A stretch of DNA of 64,000 nt from positions 736,001 to 800,000 of the forward strand of contig OZ252149.1 of the NCBI GenBank assembly GCA_965248755.1, given 5' to 3'. Source of the DNA: Candidatus Latescibacterota bacterium. GTDB lineage: Bacteria; Latescibacterota; CBDEFO01. Made by a program: the position numbers and the translations under genes. Under the pieces are notes generated by a model. The model ran no database searches and was not told the DNA's origin. It worked only from the letters and a program-made list of their open reading frames with translations. Positions within the stretch are counted from its first letter, which is position 1, and each line of letters opens with the position of its first letter. This document shows, one piece after another, positions 20,669 through 31,531 of the stretch.

Positions 20669-21556
20669 TCATACCCCGGAGATCCTTATAAGCTCTCTTA
20701 TCTTAGGGATCTGCTCATCTAAATCTTCGAAGAACCTTTCCATGTCCATCTTTTCCAGTCTCGGATTTTGACTTTGGAGTATCCTCCATCCCCCGCTATC
20801 GGTAAGTGAAGGCAAGGGGGCGTTAGTCTGTTTGCCTATACCTTTGTAGTTGCACAGTATGTTTGAAAGATAGACGATGGACGTGAGTATGGGATCTACC
20901 GTCGATTCAAGAGGATAGTGGTGGCAGGATATGACGTCTATCATTGGACTTGGGAGGTTCCATTTTCTTCCAAGCCAGCTTCCTATGTATGTATGGTTTA
21001 CGCCGAAGACGGAGTCCTCAGCGTCGATCATCGGGATTTCATCTTTCAGCGATTTGTCGAACGCTTCTATAAATTCCTCGTGAAAGTATTGATCCATAAA
21101 TATCTTCCCCATATCGTGCAAGAGCCCCGCAACGTATTCCCGCCCTTCCATCTTATATCCCAGGCGGTCGGCGATCATCCTGGCCACCATACCACATCCG
21201 ATTGAATGTTCCCAGAACTTGGATCTGTCAAATTCATCCTTCCCGGATACCTCCGGAAACGCGCTGAAGACTGAGACGCTAGTGACGACTTCGCGGACTC
21301 TCCCGAGACCAAGAATGACTATGGCGTCTGTCAGAGAAGTTATCTCTCTTTGAATAGAATAAAAAGCGGAGTTAACTATCCCAAGCGTCTTCGTCGCTAT
21401 AGAAGGATCCTCCAATATCACCTCACTTATGTCGACTATAGATGAATCGGCATCAGATGACAGCTCCATGATCTTCATAGCGACAACAGGAAGGGTCGGA
21501 AGATCAGTTATTTTCTCTATCTTCGCTTCTATCTGTCTTATTTTGTCGTCTTCCAT
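20669..21556 (-). CDS. HDOD domain signalling protein
   Basis: LPTLP, VNSAFY, FWEHSIGC, AGLLHDMGK, WNLP; start trimmed to MEDDK. Confidence 0.9.
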   Translation of the reverse strand: MEDDKIRQIEAKIEKITDLPTLPVVAMKIMELSSDADSSIVDISEVILEDPSIATKTLGIVNSAFYSIQREITSLTDAIVILGLGRVREVVTSVSVFSAFPEVSGKDEFDRSKFWEHSIGCGMVARMIADRLGYKMEGREYVAGLLHDMGKIFMDQYFHEEFIEAFDKSLKDEIPMIDAEDSVFGVNHTYIGSWLGRKWNLPSPMIDVISCHHYPLESTVDPILTSIVYLSNILCNYKGIGKQTNAPLPSLTDSGGWRILQSQNPRLEKMDMERFFEDLDEQIPKIRELIRISGV

Positions 21557-21601
21557 CCTAAGTCTCTCCGTTTGATGTCTAACAAATGAGCGGGAAACAA
21601 G

Positions 21602-21747
21602 GTCATTGCGGCGAGGCGTGGACAGTGCGTGTGCTGCTGCCACGCCTTTTTCAGTGAGCGCAAAGTGCCAACGAACCACGAAACGAGAGGCACTGTCGCT
21701 TTGCTGGGGGAGGCAACAAGCCACGAGGTAGTACGCGAAGCAATCTC
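21602..21747 (+). repeat. REP-like element expanded by nested small repeats
   Basis: GTCATTGCG...CGAAGCAATCTC ends enclose GGCACTGTCGCTTTGCTGGGGGAGGCAACAAGCCACGA (21689-21726) and a degenerate copy just before it. Confidence 0.65.
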
Positions 21748-21959
21748 AATGTTGTCGATGAGCTTGCATCGAGGCTTGGCACCTAGTAATGAGCGTAGTC
21801 CGAAGCGATAGCGGCACCGTGGGTTAACGGCCACCCGCTCTGCCAAGTGAGCAACAGATGAAGGCTTATCATATAGTGTTAAGATTTCCGCCGGTTTCTT
21901 GTCGATTCAGTAAGGCACGACGGGTGCTTGCCGAGGATGAAAAGGAATATGATCTTGAT

Positions 21960-22382
21960 TCAGGAAAAAGCGGACTTCAGATCAGACAACAGGGCCTTAT
22001 ATATAGGATTACAAAATTCCGCAACACCGCCGCCACTACTTTCCCAACTCGATGTCCAAAGGACAAAGGTGGCCTCTTCGTCCGTCACGGGAAATACTCT
22101 GATTTCTCCGATATAGCCAACTACATTGTCTTTGGACACGGCCTCTGGCCCATCATCAATGCTATATCGTACTACCCGAGCCTCTTCCTCAAGGGCAAGC
22201 AAGGTCTCATGAATAACACCGTTCAAGACTCTTTTCGCGCCTATCTGCGTGCCAGGCGCATCGCCCACGATGTCAAGCTTCTCTACAACATTGGGAAAAA
22301 CTGACATATTGTGAAAATCTCGAAGTGCTGCCCATACCTTTTCTACAGGAGCATTGACGACAGCAGAGTTGTAGCAACCCAT
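21960..22382 (-). CDS. SRPBCC (polyketide cyclase/dehydrase-like) family protein
   Basis: VVNAPVEKVWAALRDF, GAKRVL...ETLLAL, RYSIDDGP. Confidence 0.88.
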   Translation of the reverse strand: MGCYNSAVVNAPVEKVWAALRDFHNMSVFPNVVEKLDIVGDAPGTQIGAKRVLNGVIHETLLALEEEARVVRYSIDDGPEAVSKDNVVGYIGEIRVFPVTDEEATFVLWTSSWESSGGGVAEFCNPIYKALLSDLKSAFS

Positions 22383-22526
22383 AGTAAAATCTCCTCTCTA
22401 TTTCCAGGAAGCAACTTGTCTTAAAATAGATAGATGGATGGGAAACCTCGCGTTCAGATCTCATTATCGTAGCTGTTGGAATATAATTGATCCTGTGCTG
22501 GTTGTCAACAGCAAAATAAACTGGAG

Positions 22527-23709
22527 AGAAGAGTAAAGACACATGGTATCCACCCTCACGGGATAATTTTGCCTATATTTAGGTGAGGACTGAAAAAAGG
22601 AGGGTAGATACCATGGAGAATGCTATCACTTATAGTGATGTTCTTGTTCTTAATCGTAATCCTGTTGATCTTCGTATCAAGATGGTTCAGACTGCTCAAC
22701 AATACGGTGTCTCGTATGCTGCAAGGGCTTTTAATACAACACGCAAGAGTATAAGAAAATGGCTGAAACGTTATCTTGAAGACCGATCCTTGAAGAGTCT
22801 AGAAAATCATACGAAAGCACCCATAAACCCTCACTGTTTGTTACCGGAGGAGATCAGAAAGATCATCGTAAAGTTCCGACAGACCCATCGTTCTTTGGGA
22901 TATCCCTATCTATTGGGCTTTCTGCAAAAACAAAATGTTCCAACTGATCAAATCCCCTCCAAGCCGACTGCCTATACTATCTGGAAAAAACACAATCTCA
23001 TAAAGAAACGCAGGCGAAAATGGAGGAGAAAGAAACTTGTGTGCCAGTGGAAAAAGAAACTACGCCCCTTTGAATATATCCAGATCGATGTCAAACATCT
23101 GTGCGATATCCCCAACTACCTGAAACAACACTACAAAACAGGTGCCCAACTCCCTATGTTTGAGTATACTGCCGGAGATATCAAGACAGGCGGTCTCTTC
23201 GTAAGCCTGGCAGACGAACAGAGCCTGATCAACTCCTGCATCTTGGCCGAAGCATTACTCCAACACCTGGAAGACCACAAGGTCTATCCACGAAAGATCC
23301 AAACCGACAACGGCAGCCAATTCGTCAATACATAAGGATGCCCTTAAAAAGACCCTCTTTACCGACTTCATCCAACAAAGAGGCGTAGAACATAAACGCA
23401 TCCCACCAGGGGATACTACATACCAATCCGATGTAGAACGCGCCCACGGCCTAATCGAATATGAATTCTACGACACCATCAAGACTACCAACCGTGCCAA
23501 CCTCTGCCGGAAACTCCAGACTTATCAATGGTTGTTCAATACCCAAAGACATAATAGCTACAAAGAATCCAAAACCCCTCTGCACATAGCAACCGAACAT
23601 ACACCCACAGAAAACCTCGACCCTCAACTTTTTAACTTCCCAATCTTGATTCTTGACTCTCTTCTCTCTATCTTTATCAAGGGTGGATACCATGTGCCTT
23701 TACCCGACA
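22527..23709 (+). mobile_element. IS481-like element, copy 1 (1183 bp), transposase with premature stop and frameshift
   Basis: 30-bp imperfect TIRs sharing GTAAAGRCACATGGTATCCACCCT; HTH region plus QIDVK, IQTDNGSQF, VERAHG. Confidence 0.85.
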
Positions 23710-23978
23710 AATTCTTACTGATCGCGAAAAGCTAACAAGGAACCCATATCCTCCGAGTGCTCCGATCCATGGCTGACCTCACACCTGACGAGGAAGCACT
23801 GTGCTACCTGCTGGAATAATCTTCTTGACTATCATCCCCGATTGAATCTATCGGGGAGAGGTGCTATACATTTCCTTCTGTGAGAGGGCCGATTGTGAAA
23901 GTTTCCAAGCGATACCGGTACTGTCCGCTGAAATTTTGATATTTACCGGAACTCAGATAATCTTATCCAGAAAAAAGC

Positions 23979-24007
23979 TTGACGGAGCGGATACACGTTA
24001 GTATCTT
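23979..24007 (+). promoter_or_regulatory. Sigma70-type promoter
   Basis: TTGACG-N17-TATCTT. Confidence 0.55.
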
Positions 24008-24081
24008 TGGGATCAACGTGGAGACAATTTTTCTGGAGGAACTCTCTTCCTCGTCGCAATCAATATAAAAAGGAGAACTTC

Positions 24082-24321
24082 ATGAGTGCAGCACGTAAGA
24101 GTCGTCTCGTCGGACCCGTAATTGCAATTCGCACCTATCGGACCGATGACGGCAAGCTGGACCTGGCGAAACAGCGGAGGCAACTTCGCTGGATGATAAA
24201 TCAACGTATGAACGAGGGGAACGGGATCATCATGGGCGCCGGCAGGGGCGGCGATGGCTACTTTATGAGCTATGACGATAGGTGGACTGGAAGGAGTAAC
24301 CGTACAGTAGACAGAATGTAG
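24082..24321 (+). pseudogene. Truncated N-terminus of a DHDPS/NAL-family aldolase
   Basis: AAGGAG RBS; GPVIAIRT...DDGKLDL...WMI...GNGIIMGAG.GGDGYFMS, then drifts into a REP-like sequence. Confidence 0.65.
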
Positions 24322-24435
24322 GGTCATGGCTCCCTTCGCTTAGGGTAAAGGGGCTCACCCCCTATAAATATGAAAACACGACCGTAACCTCACCCCTACG
24401 AAAATATATTATGTTGTGAAGAGGAGACCCGAATA

Positions 24436-25497
24436 ATGTTGATCGTTGACAGTCATTTAGACCTGGCTCACAATGCCTTGGAATGGGACAGGGACCTGAC
24501 GAAGCCTGTGGCCGAAATCCGAAAGGACGAAGCCGGTATGAGCGGGAAGGCGCGCGGACAGGGGACCGTTGCATACCCCGAATTGCGGATGGGCAAAATC
24601 GGACTCTTTTTCTGCACCGTGCACTGCCGACTAGCTTCCTGCGAAGGAAAATTTGCTGGCGTTAGAACACAGGACATTGCCTACGCCAAAGCACAGGCAG
24701 AGGCCGCATACTACAGGCTGATGGAGCAGAAGGGCATCCTCAGGAAGGTGGTGGATCGAGATACCCTCGACGCCCATCTAGAAGATTGGGAGCGCAATCC
24801 TGACGGGACACCTTTCGGATATGTACTCAGTATGGAGGGTGCCGATCCTATCGTAAGCCCCGACCAAGTTCCCGAATGGTGGGACATCGGTCTTCGCATC
24901 GTAAGTCTAGTGCACTACGGTGTCAGCACCTACGCTCACGGAACCCAGACAGAAGGAGGACTACTGCCTGCGGCCCGTGCGCTCCTGGAGGCTATGGAGG
25001 AAGTGGGAATGATCCTGGATCTGACGCACACATCGGAAGGCAGCTTCTGGGAGGTGCTGGACATTTTCAACGGGCCAGTCATAGCTACCCACAACTGCTG
25101 CCGGGCGCTTGTACCCCACGACAGGCAGTTTACCGACGAACAGATCAGAGCTATCATCGAGCGTGACGGTGTTATCGGCGTGGCTTTGGACGACTGGATG
25201 CTGGATCCCCTCTTTGACCCTGAAAATGCCGACAATTCCCGCGTTACTTTGTCTACTGTCGTGGACCACATTGACCACATCTGTCAATTGGCGGGCAACC
25301 CTAATCACGCCGCCATCGGCAGTGACCTGGACGGCGGATACGGCAAGGAGCAATCGCCCTACGACCTCGACACAATTGCGGACTTTCAAAATATACCGAA
25401 GATCCTCGAGGATCGAGGCCACAGCGAGGGTGACATTTCCAATATCTGTCACGGAAACTGGATCCGACTGCTTCGGCGGGCCTGGAGCTCTGACTGA
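24436..25497 (+). CDS. Membrane dipeptidase (peptidase M19) family protein
   Basis: VDSHLDLA, SMEGAD, LDLTH, ATHNCCRAL, IGSDLDGG. Confidence 0.92.
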   Translation: MLIVDSHLDLAHNALEWDRDLTKPVAEIRKDEAGMSGKARGQGTVAYPELRMGKIGLFFCTVHCRLASCEGKFAGVRTQDIAYAKAQAEAAYYRLMEQKGILRKVVDRDTLDAHLEDWERNPDGTPFGYVLSMEGADPIVSPDQVPEWWDIGLRIVSLVHYGVSTYAHGTQTEGGLLPAARALLEAMEEVGMILDLTHTSEGSFWEVLDIFNGPVIATHNCCRALVPHDRQFTDEQIRAIIERDGVIGVALDDWMLDPLFDPENADNSRVTLSTVVDHIDHICQLAGNPNHAAIGSDLDGGYGKEQSPYDLDTIADFQNIPKILEDRGHSEGDISNICHGNWIRLLRRAWSSD

Positions 25498-25534
25498 TAT
25501 TTTATGATCATTTTACAACTGGTTATCCTCTAAT

Positions 25535-25583
25535 GTAGGGGCATGGTTACCCTGCCCCTGGGGCGAGGAGACCTCGCCCCTAC
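25535..25583. repeat. GTAG-type REP element
   Basis: GTAGGGGC...GGGCGAGGAGACCTCGCCCCTAC; degenerate relatives near 24318-24400, 28236-28285 and 58739-58820. Confidence 0.65.
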
Positions 25584-25612
25584 ATATTGATTAACATAAG
25601 GAGACTGTAATT

Positions 25613-26896
25613 ATGGCGACAGACCTTCACTATCACATACAGAATACACCTCTGTGCGATACGCACGAGCATTTAAGTTTGGAGGACGAATGGGTTCAAA
25701 ATGGACCAGACATTCTCCAAGATCTCTTCGGAAACTACGTGCCCGCCGATTTAGTTGTTGCCGGCGCCAGTCAGGAGGTGGTGGATAAGCTTCAGGATGG
25801 TTCAGACCCCGATATAAAGGGACGCTTTATGGGCATCCAGAAGGCCTGGGAAGCGACCCAACATACTGGGTACGGTGAAGCGGTGAGACTGATCGCAGAG
25901 CACATTTATGGTCTATCGGAGATTACTCCGCCAGGGCTTGAGCAAGCTCAGAGCAAACTTTTACAACTTCGCCGTCCCGGGGAGCGACTTCGCCTTCTGC
26001 GAGACGTTGCTAAATTAGACCACGTCCAGATCGACAACTTCAACAGGCCCTGTCTCCCAGATGCATCAGGTCCGGATTTCTTCCTCTACGATATATCGTG
26101 GCGGGGATTCTGCAACGGAGACCTTAAGCTTGAGGAACTGGCTGAAGAGACCGGGGTCACGGTGGAAAATATAAGAGATCTGGATGAGGCTATGGCGGCG
26201 ATATTTGAGAAATTCGGATCCTATGCCATAGCAGTCAAGGCCCAGCATGCGTACAATCGAACGCTGTTGTGGAAGGAGAGGAGCGACGAGGAAGCTGCCT
26301 CTGTGCTCGAAAAGGTTTTGAAAGGTTCTGAGCTATTGGAGGAGGATCGTCTATGTTTAGGTGACTGGTGTTGGGCGCGTGGCGTTGAACTTGCAATCCA
26401 GCACAACCTGCCCTTCAAGTTGCACACCGGATACTATGCCGGATATGGACGCATGCCGATAGATCGTATCAAGGGAGGCAACCTGTGCGGCATTCTGGCC
26501 CAATATCCCAAAGCTCAGTTTGTACTTATGCATATCGCCTATCCCTACAACGACGAATTGGTCGCTCTGGCCAAGCACTATCCCAACGTTTACGCAGATA
26601 TCTGCTGGGCATGGTCTATCAACCCCTACGCCTCATGCGAATTCGTCCGCCGCTTCATCCACGCCGTGCCCTCCAACAAGCTCTTCGCCTTCGGAGGGGA
26701 CACCGTATGGCCCACAAGCTCTGTGGCTTACGCGGTTCAGGCGCGAAAGTGGCTAACCAGGGCGCTAGAGGCAGAAGTGAGCGAAGGGGATCTGACAGAA
26801 AAGCAGGCTATGTATCTGGCGACGCGCTTTATGCGCTCAAACCAGATGGATTGCTTCGATCTGGAGGGCACAAAAGCTGCGCTCCGTGCAGCTTGA
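25613..26896 (+). CDS. Amidohydrolase superfamily protein (Amidohydro_2 or uronate isomerase-like)
   Basis: DTHEH, KLHTG, LMHIAYPY, FAFGGD. Confidence 0.85.
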   Translation: MATDLHYHIQNTPLCDTHEHLSLEDEWVQNGPDILQDLFGNYVPADLVVAGASQEVVDKLQDGSDPDIKGRFMGIQKAWEATQHTGYGEAVRLIAEHIYGLSEITPPGLEQAQSKLLQLRRPGERLRLLRDVAKLDHVQIDNFNRPCLPDASGPDFFLYDISWRGFCNGDLKLEELAEETGVTVENIRDLDEAMAAIFEKFGSYAIAVKAQHAYNRTLLWKERSDEEAASVLEKVLKGSELLEEDRLCLGDWCWARGVELAIQHNLPFKLHTGYYAGYGRMPIDRIKGGNLCGILAQYPKAQFVLMHIAYPYNDELVALAKHYPNVYADICWAWSINPYASCEFVRRFIHAVPSNKLFAFGGDTVWPTSSVAYAVQARKWLTRALEAEVSEGDLTEKQAMYLATRFMRSNQMDCFDLEGTKAALRAA

Positions 26897-27054
26897 TACC
26901 ATCCCGGGAAATAGTAGTCAGGAGACAGGCGGCACCACCTCCCAGCTTCGGGATTACCTTGAGGGCAAAGCTCCTCGGAATGAACTAAGGTAGATGGAAG
27001 CACCGTCATCGCGAGCGAAGCTAAGCAATCTCCCTGTTTGCTGTCTACTTGTTT

Positions 27055-27963
27055 TCAGCTTCTGGCCTCCACTCCTGCCTGCCTTTCGTAGGCCTTAATC
27101 AGGGCCTGTGTGCCGTCAGCTGCAAATCCCGCGCCTTCAACGATGTTAAATGCCTGGTGAGCCAGACTGACACCCGGCAGAGATAATCCCAGTTCGTTTG
27201 CCGCCTCTATTACGAGTTTGAGGTCTTTCTGCTGAAGCTTGACCATAAATCCCGGATCGAAGTCCCCTTTTAGCACCCTTGGCGCTAGGTTGGTCATCTG
27301 CCACGACCCGGCGGCGCCTCCTGAGATTGCAGCCAACATATTGTCCAGATTGAGACCCGCCTTGGCTCCGAGCATAAGGGCTTCCGCGGTGGCTAAATTT
27401 GTCACGGAGACCGCTATCTGGTTGCAGAGTTTGGTCATCTGACCTGCACCGTTATCGCCTATCAGCGTGATCTTACCGCCCATAACTTCAAGCACGGGAA
27501 GGCACTCGTTGAATACATCCTCTGCCCCGCCTAACATGATGGAGAGCGTTCCTTCGATAGCCCCTTTGTCCCCCCCGCTCACGGGTGCGTCCAGCATATT
27601 TACGCCCTTTTCAAGGAGGCCCTCTGCCATCTCCTGAGTTGCCTTGGGTGATATGGTGCTCATATCTATGACTACAGATCCGCTTTGGGCTCCTTCTATT
27701 GCTCCATTTTCTCCTAAGATCACCTCCTGAACATCAGGCGTGTCGGTTACTATCGTGATCGTTATGTCCGATCCTTCGGCCGCCTCCTTGGGGCTTGAGA
27801 CCCGTGTGGCTCCCAGCTTGACTACCTCCTTTACTATGGTTCTATCGCTCCTGTTGAAGACTTTAAGCTCGTATCCCGCATTAACGAGGTTTCTGGACAT
27901 CGGTCCGCCCATAATCCCAAGTCCTATGAATCCTATCTTAGTCTTTCCGGGTTCCGCTGGCAT
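27055..27963 (-). CDS. 2-hydroxy-3-oxopropionate reductase or 3-hydroxyisobutyrate dehydrogenase family
   Basis: GFIGLGIMG, LDAPVSGG, KLCNQ, FMVKLQQKDL. Confidence 0.9.
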   Translation of the reverse strand: MPAEPGKTKIGFIGLGIMGGPMSRNLVNAGYELKVFNRSDRTIVKEVVKLGATRVSSPKEAAEGSDITITIVTDTPDVQEVILGENGAIEGAQSGSVVIDMSTISPKATQEMAEGLLEKGVNMLDAPVSGGDKGAIEGTLSIMLGGAEDVFNECLPVLEVMGGKITLIGDNGAGQMTKLCNQIAVSVTNLATAEALMLGAKAGLNLDNMLAAISGGAAGSWQMTNLAPRVLKGDFDPGFMVKLQQKDLKLVIEAANELGLSLPGVSLAHQAFNIVEGAGFAADGTQALIKAYERQAGVEARS

Positions 27964-28390
27964 TAGGTACCTCCTTCCAAAATGAGCAGACAGTAGAAAG
28001 GGTACTGCCTATCTTCCCAAAGTGCTGTCTGCTTGTTCTATCCCTCCTTCAATTGGACACGGTACAATCTCCTATCAGTTCGATTTATCCGACTTAGACA
28101 CTACCTTTTGAAATATATTCAGTATGTAGTCAAAGTCAATTGAAAAGTGTCCATTGTGATTTCTAAAAGTTATATTTGCTTCACCTTTTCGGTTATCAGG
28201 CAGCGTTGAAGCCTCCAAATAAGCAAGTCAAATCAAGGGCAGGGGAGTTATCCCACCCTGGGGTCGAGCAGACCTCATCCCTACGAATTCATACGCTAGA
28301 GTAAATCGTAACCTGTATGCAAATTAGTACAACTTGGACCTGATCCGATTCAGAGTCAAGAGCATCGGTAAATAGTTTGAAGAGATCAAA

Positions 28391-29573
28391 TGTCGGGTAA
28401 AGGCACATGGTATCCACCCTTGATAAAGATAGAGAGGAGAGAGTCAAGAATCAAGACTGGGAAGTTAAAAAGTTGAGGGTCGAGGTTTTCTGTGGGTGTA
28501 TGTTCGGTTGCTATGTGCAGAGGGGTTTTGGATTCTTTGCAGCTATTATGTCTTTGGGTATTGAACAGCCATTGATAAGTCTGGAGTTTCCGGCAGAGGT
28601 TGGCACGGTTGGTAGTCTTGATGGTGTCGTAGAATTCATATTCGATTAGGCCGTGGGCGCGTTCTACATCGGATTGGTATGTAGTAGCCCCTGGTGGGAT
28701 ACGTTTATGTTCTACGCCTCTTTGTTGGATGAGGTCGGTAAAGAGGGTCTTTTTAAGGGCATCCTTTGGTATTGACGAATTGGCTGCCGTTGTCGGTTTG
28801 GATCTTTCGTGGATAGACCTTGTGGTCTTCCAGGTGTTGGAGTAATGCTTCGGCCAAGATGCAGGAGTTAATCAGGCTCTGTTCGTCTGTCAGGCTTACG
28901 AAGAGACCGCCTGTCTTGATATCTCTGGCAGTATACTCAAACATAGGGAGTTGGGCACCTGTTTTGTAGTGTTGTTTCAGGTAGTTGGGGATATCGCACA
29001 GATGTTTGGCATCGATCTGGATATGTTCAAAGGGGCGTAGTTTCTTTTTCCACTGGCAGACAAGTTTCTTTCTCCTCCATTTTCGCCTGCGTTTCTTTAT
29101 GAGATTGTGTTTTTTCCAGATAGCATAGGCAGTCTGTTTGGAGGGAATTTGATCAGTTGGAACATTTTGTTTTTGGAGAAAACCCAATAGATACGGATAT
29201 CCCAAAGAAGGATGGGTCTGTCGGAACTTTACAATCAGCTTTCTGATCTCCTCCGGTAACAAACAGTGAGGGTTTATGGGTGCTTTCGTATGATTTTCTA
29301 GACTCTTCAAGGATCGGTCTTCAAGATAACGTTTCAGCCATTTTCTTACGCTTTTGCGTGTTGTATTAAAAGCCCTTGCAGCATACGAGACACCGTATTG
29401 TTGAGCAGTCTGAACCATCTTGATACGAAGATCAACAGGATTACGATTAAGAACAAGAACATCACTATAAGTGATAGCATTCTCCATGGTATCTACCCTC
29501 CTTTTTTCAGTCCTCACCTAAATATAGGCAAAATTATCCCATAAGGGTGGATACCATGTGTCTTTACTCTTCT
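28391..29573 (-). mobile_element. IS481-like element, copy 2 (1183 bp), inverted relative to copy 1
   Basis: Near-identical reverse complement of 22527-23709; ORF 28753-29517 plus +1-frame C-terminus. Confidence 0.88.
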
Positions 29574-29591
29574 GATCAGTAAGAATTCCTA

Positions 29592-29620
29592 TTGACATCC
29601 ACTGTTTACTTTTGTATCTT
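29592..29620 (+). promoter_or_regulatory. Sigma70-type promoter upstream of the catabolic gene run
   Basis: TTGACA-N17-TATCTT. Confidence 0.6.
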
Positions 29621-29857
29621 ACCTCCTGCATTAATCTTCATTCCGCCAGTGTATTCTCCTTTTTAGGATATAGTCTACACGTAAGAATTTCAAAATTAGG
29701 CCCTGACTTAACTTTAGCAAGTCCTACAACACAGACCACATCCTGGAACCATAGGTTCTGAGCTGATTGGGTAGAAGGTAGTCGAACCACGGAACACCAG
29801 AAAAAAGGAGGCAAAGTCTCCAAGGATAAGGAGGAAAAGCCTCAAGGAGCATGACGA

Positions 29858-31399
29858 ATGAGTAAACGACGTTTGCTGTTTTACAACGACGCTCGGCACT
29901 ATCACCTGTATTGTTTCGAGCCGCCGATAAGCCTCGAAGACGCCAGGTTGCCGGTAGATGAGATAGCCGGAACGAGGGTCGATACCTTTGTCTATGGATT
30001 CGGCGCCGGGCCTGCCATGTTCCACCTTACTGAGGTAGGTGAGGTCTTTGGCTCGCATCTCAAGACGTTCAAGGACATTCCGGGACTTCATTGTGGCACA
30101 CTCCCGACGTGGCGCGCACATGAGAATATTATGAGCCTCAAAGAACGCGGCGTGGACCTGCTGCAACTGCTTATTGAAAGGGCGCACGAAAAGGGGTTGG
30201 AGTTCTACGCCAGCCTGCGGCAGACACACTCGGTAGCCCCGGACGACGTAGACAACTACTTCAACTGGCAGTTCAAGATCGACCATCCCGAGTGGTGTCT
30301 GAAGGGAAGAGGGAAGTACGCCTTCAACTTTGCGTACCCGGAAGTGCGCGCCGAGAGATTCGCTCTGGCTGAGGAAACGGTCAATAGGTACGATGTAGAT
30401 GGCTTTGAGATCGATTGGGACTTCTGGCCTTACTTCTTCGAGGAAGACGAAGTCGAACAGAACACACCGATCCTAACTGAGTATATGCGCGAGCACAGGC
30501 TGATGATCGACGAGACGGCCAAAAGGCGCGATAGGTCTATCATGTTTGGAGCGCGCGTCCTCCCGACGCTCGCAGGCAATCTGGCTGCTGGCATGGATGT
30601 TGAGACATGGGTGAAGGAGGGCCTGCTGGATTTTGTGGTGCCCAACTACTACGTGGACGAGCAGATGGACGCGGATTTCCCGTTTGAGTGGCTCGTTGGA
30701 CTGGCAAGCGGGACGGGCTGCAAGGTGTTCGCCGCGCTTCAGCGACAGATAGGGCGCCCGGCCGAAGAAGACGGAGAACCTGTAGGGGAAGAGATGGCGA
30801 CCCCTGAGCACTACAACGCAGGAGCGGCTGCTTATTGGAGCAAGGGCGCCGACGGCATATACCTCCCCTGGTTCAACTGGCCGATAGAGGTTCCCGACCG
30901 TCAGGTGCTCTCAGAGATTCACGATCCTGACTTACTCTCCGAAAAGGCCAAACACTATGTGGTAAGGGGGCACAAGGAGGACGCTGCTAGCCACGACTAC
31001 ACAGCTCAGTTGCCAGTGCTGTTAATGAATGGGCAGGATGTCCCCGGACAGACAGTGCGCCTCTTCATCGCGGATGACCCGGAGAAGGTGGATGCAATCT
31101 TGAGAGTCCGGCTGAGATTCACCACAATCCATGACTCGCTGACGGTCAGCGTGAATGGGGAGGCTCTGTCCAACGATGCTTGCCGGCGAGAACCACACAA
31201 CTATACTCCGGTGGAGGCTGCATTATCTGGAAAGGGTATCAGTTCAGTTGCGTACACCTGGTTGGAGTACCCGGTGCCGCTCGGAGTGCTGCTAAATGGG
31301 GCGAACGAAGTCGGGGTCGCGATACACTCCCGGCCTCCAAACTTAGAAGGTCAGGTCGTGCTGGACAGAGTCGATCTGATTGTGAAACATCCTGTGTAG
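29858..31399 (+). CDS. DUF187/GHL10-like TIM-barrel putative glycoside hydrolase, copy 1
   Basis: LFYNDARH, GLEFYASLR, HPEW, NFAYPEVR, YDVDGFEID, GADGIYL; beta-rich C-terminal domain. Confidence 0.7.
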   Translation: MSKRRLLFYNDARHYHLYCFEPPISLEDARLPVDEIAGTRVDTFVYGFGAGPAMFHLTEVGEVFGSHLKTFKDIPGLHCGTLPTWRAHENIMSLKERGVDLLQLLIERAHEKGLEFYASLRQTHSVAPDDVDNYFNWQFKIDHPEWCLKGRGKYAFNFAYPEVRAERFALAEETVNRYDVDGFEIDWDFWPYFFEEDEVEQNTPILTEYMREHRLMIDETAKRRDRSIMFGARVLPTLAGNLAAGMDVETWVKEGLLDFVVPNYYVDEQMDADFPFEWLVGLASGTGCKVFAALQRQIGRPAEEDGEPVGEEMATPEHYNAGAAAYWSKGADGIYLPWFNWPIEVPDRQVLSEIHDPDLLSEKAKHYVVRGHKEDAASHDYTAQLPVLLMNGQDVPGQTVRLFIADDPEKVDAILRVRLRFTTIHDSLTVSVNGEALSNDACRREPHNYTPVEAALSGKGISSVAYTWLEYPVPLGVLLNGANEVGVAIHSRPPNLEGQVVLDRVDLIVKHPV

Positions 31400-31531
31400 A
31401 AATCGTTTTGATAAGATTCTGTCCGCGTTGCAGAGAAGGAAATGGAGTCTGTCGCCAGCGGACCTGGGTAGAAGGCAGCTGCACCTCAGAAAGCCACAAA
31501 ACAGGAGACAAAGCCCTTAAGAGGATGACGA

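Noticed and set aside
21557..21724. N-terminal extension of the HDOD ORF (similarly 37523-37621 and 56660-56725)
   Set aside because: The extensions run through repeat or structured non-coding DNA; downstream ATGs match family starts
28050..28156. MITE bounded by TGGACAC / GTGTCCA
   Set aside because: Short inverted repeat only, single copy and no target duplication
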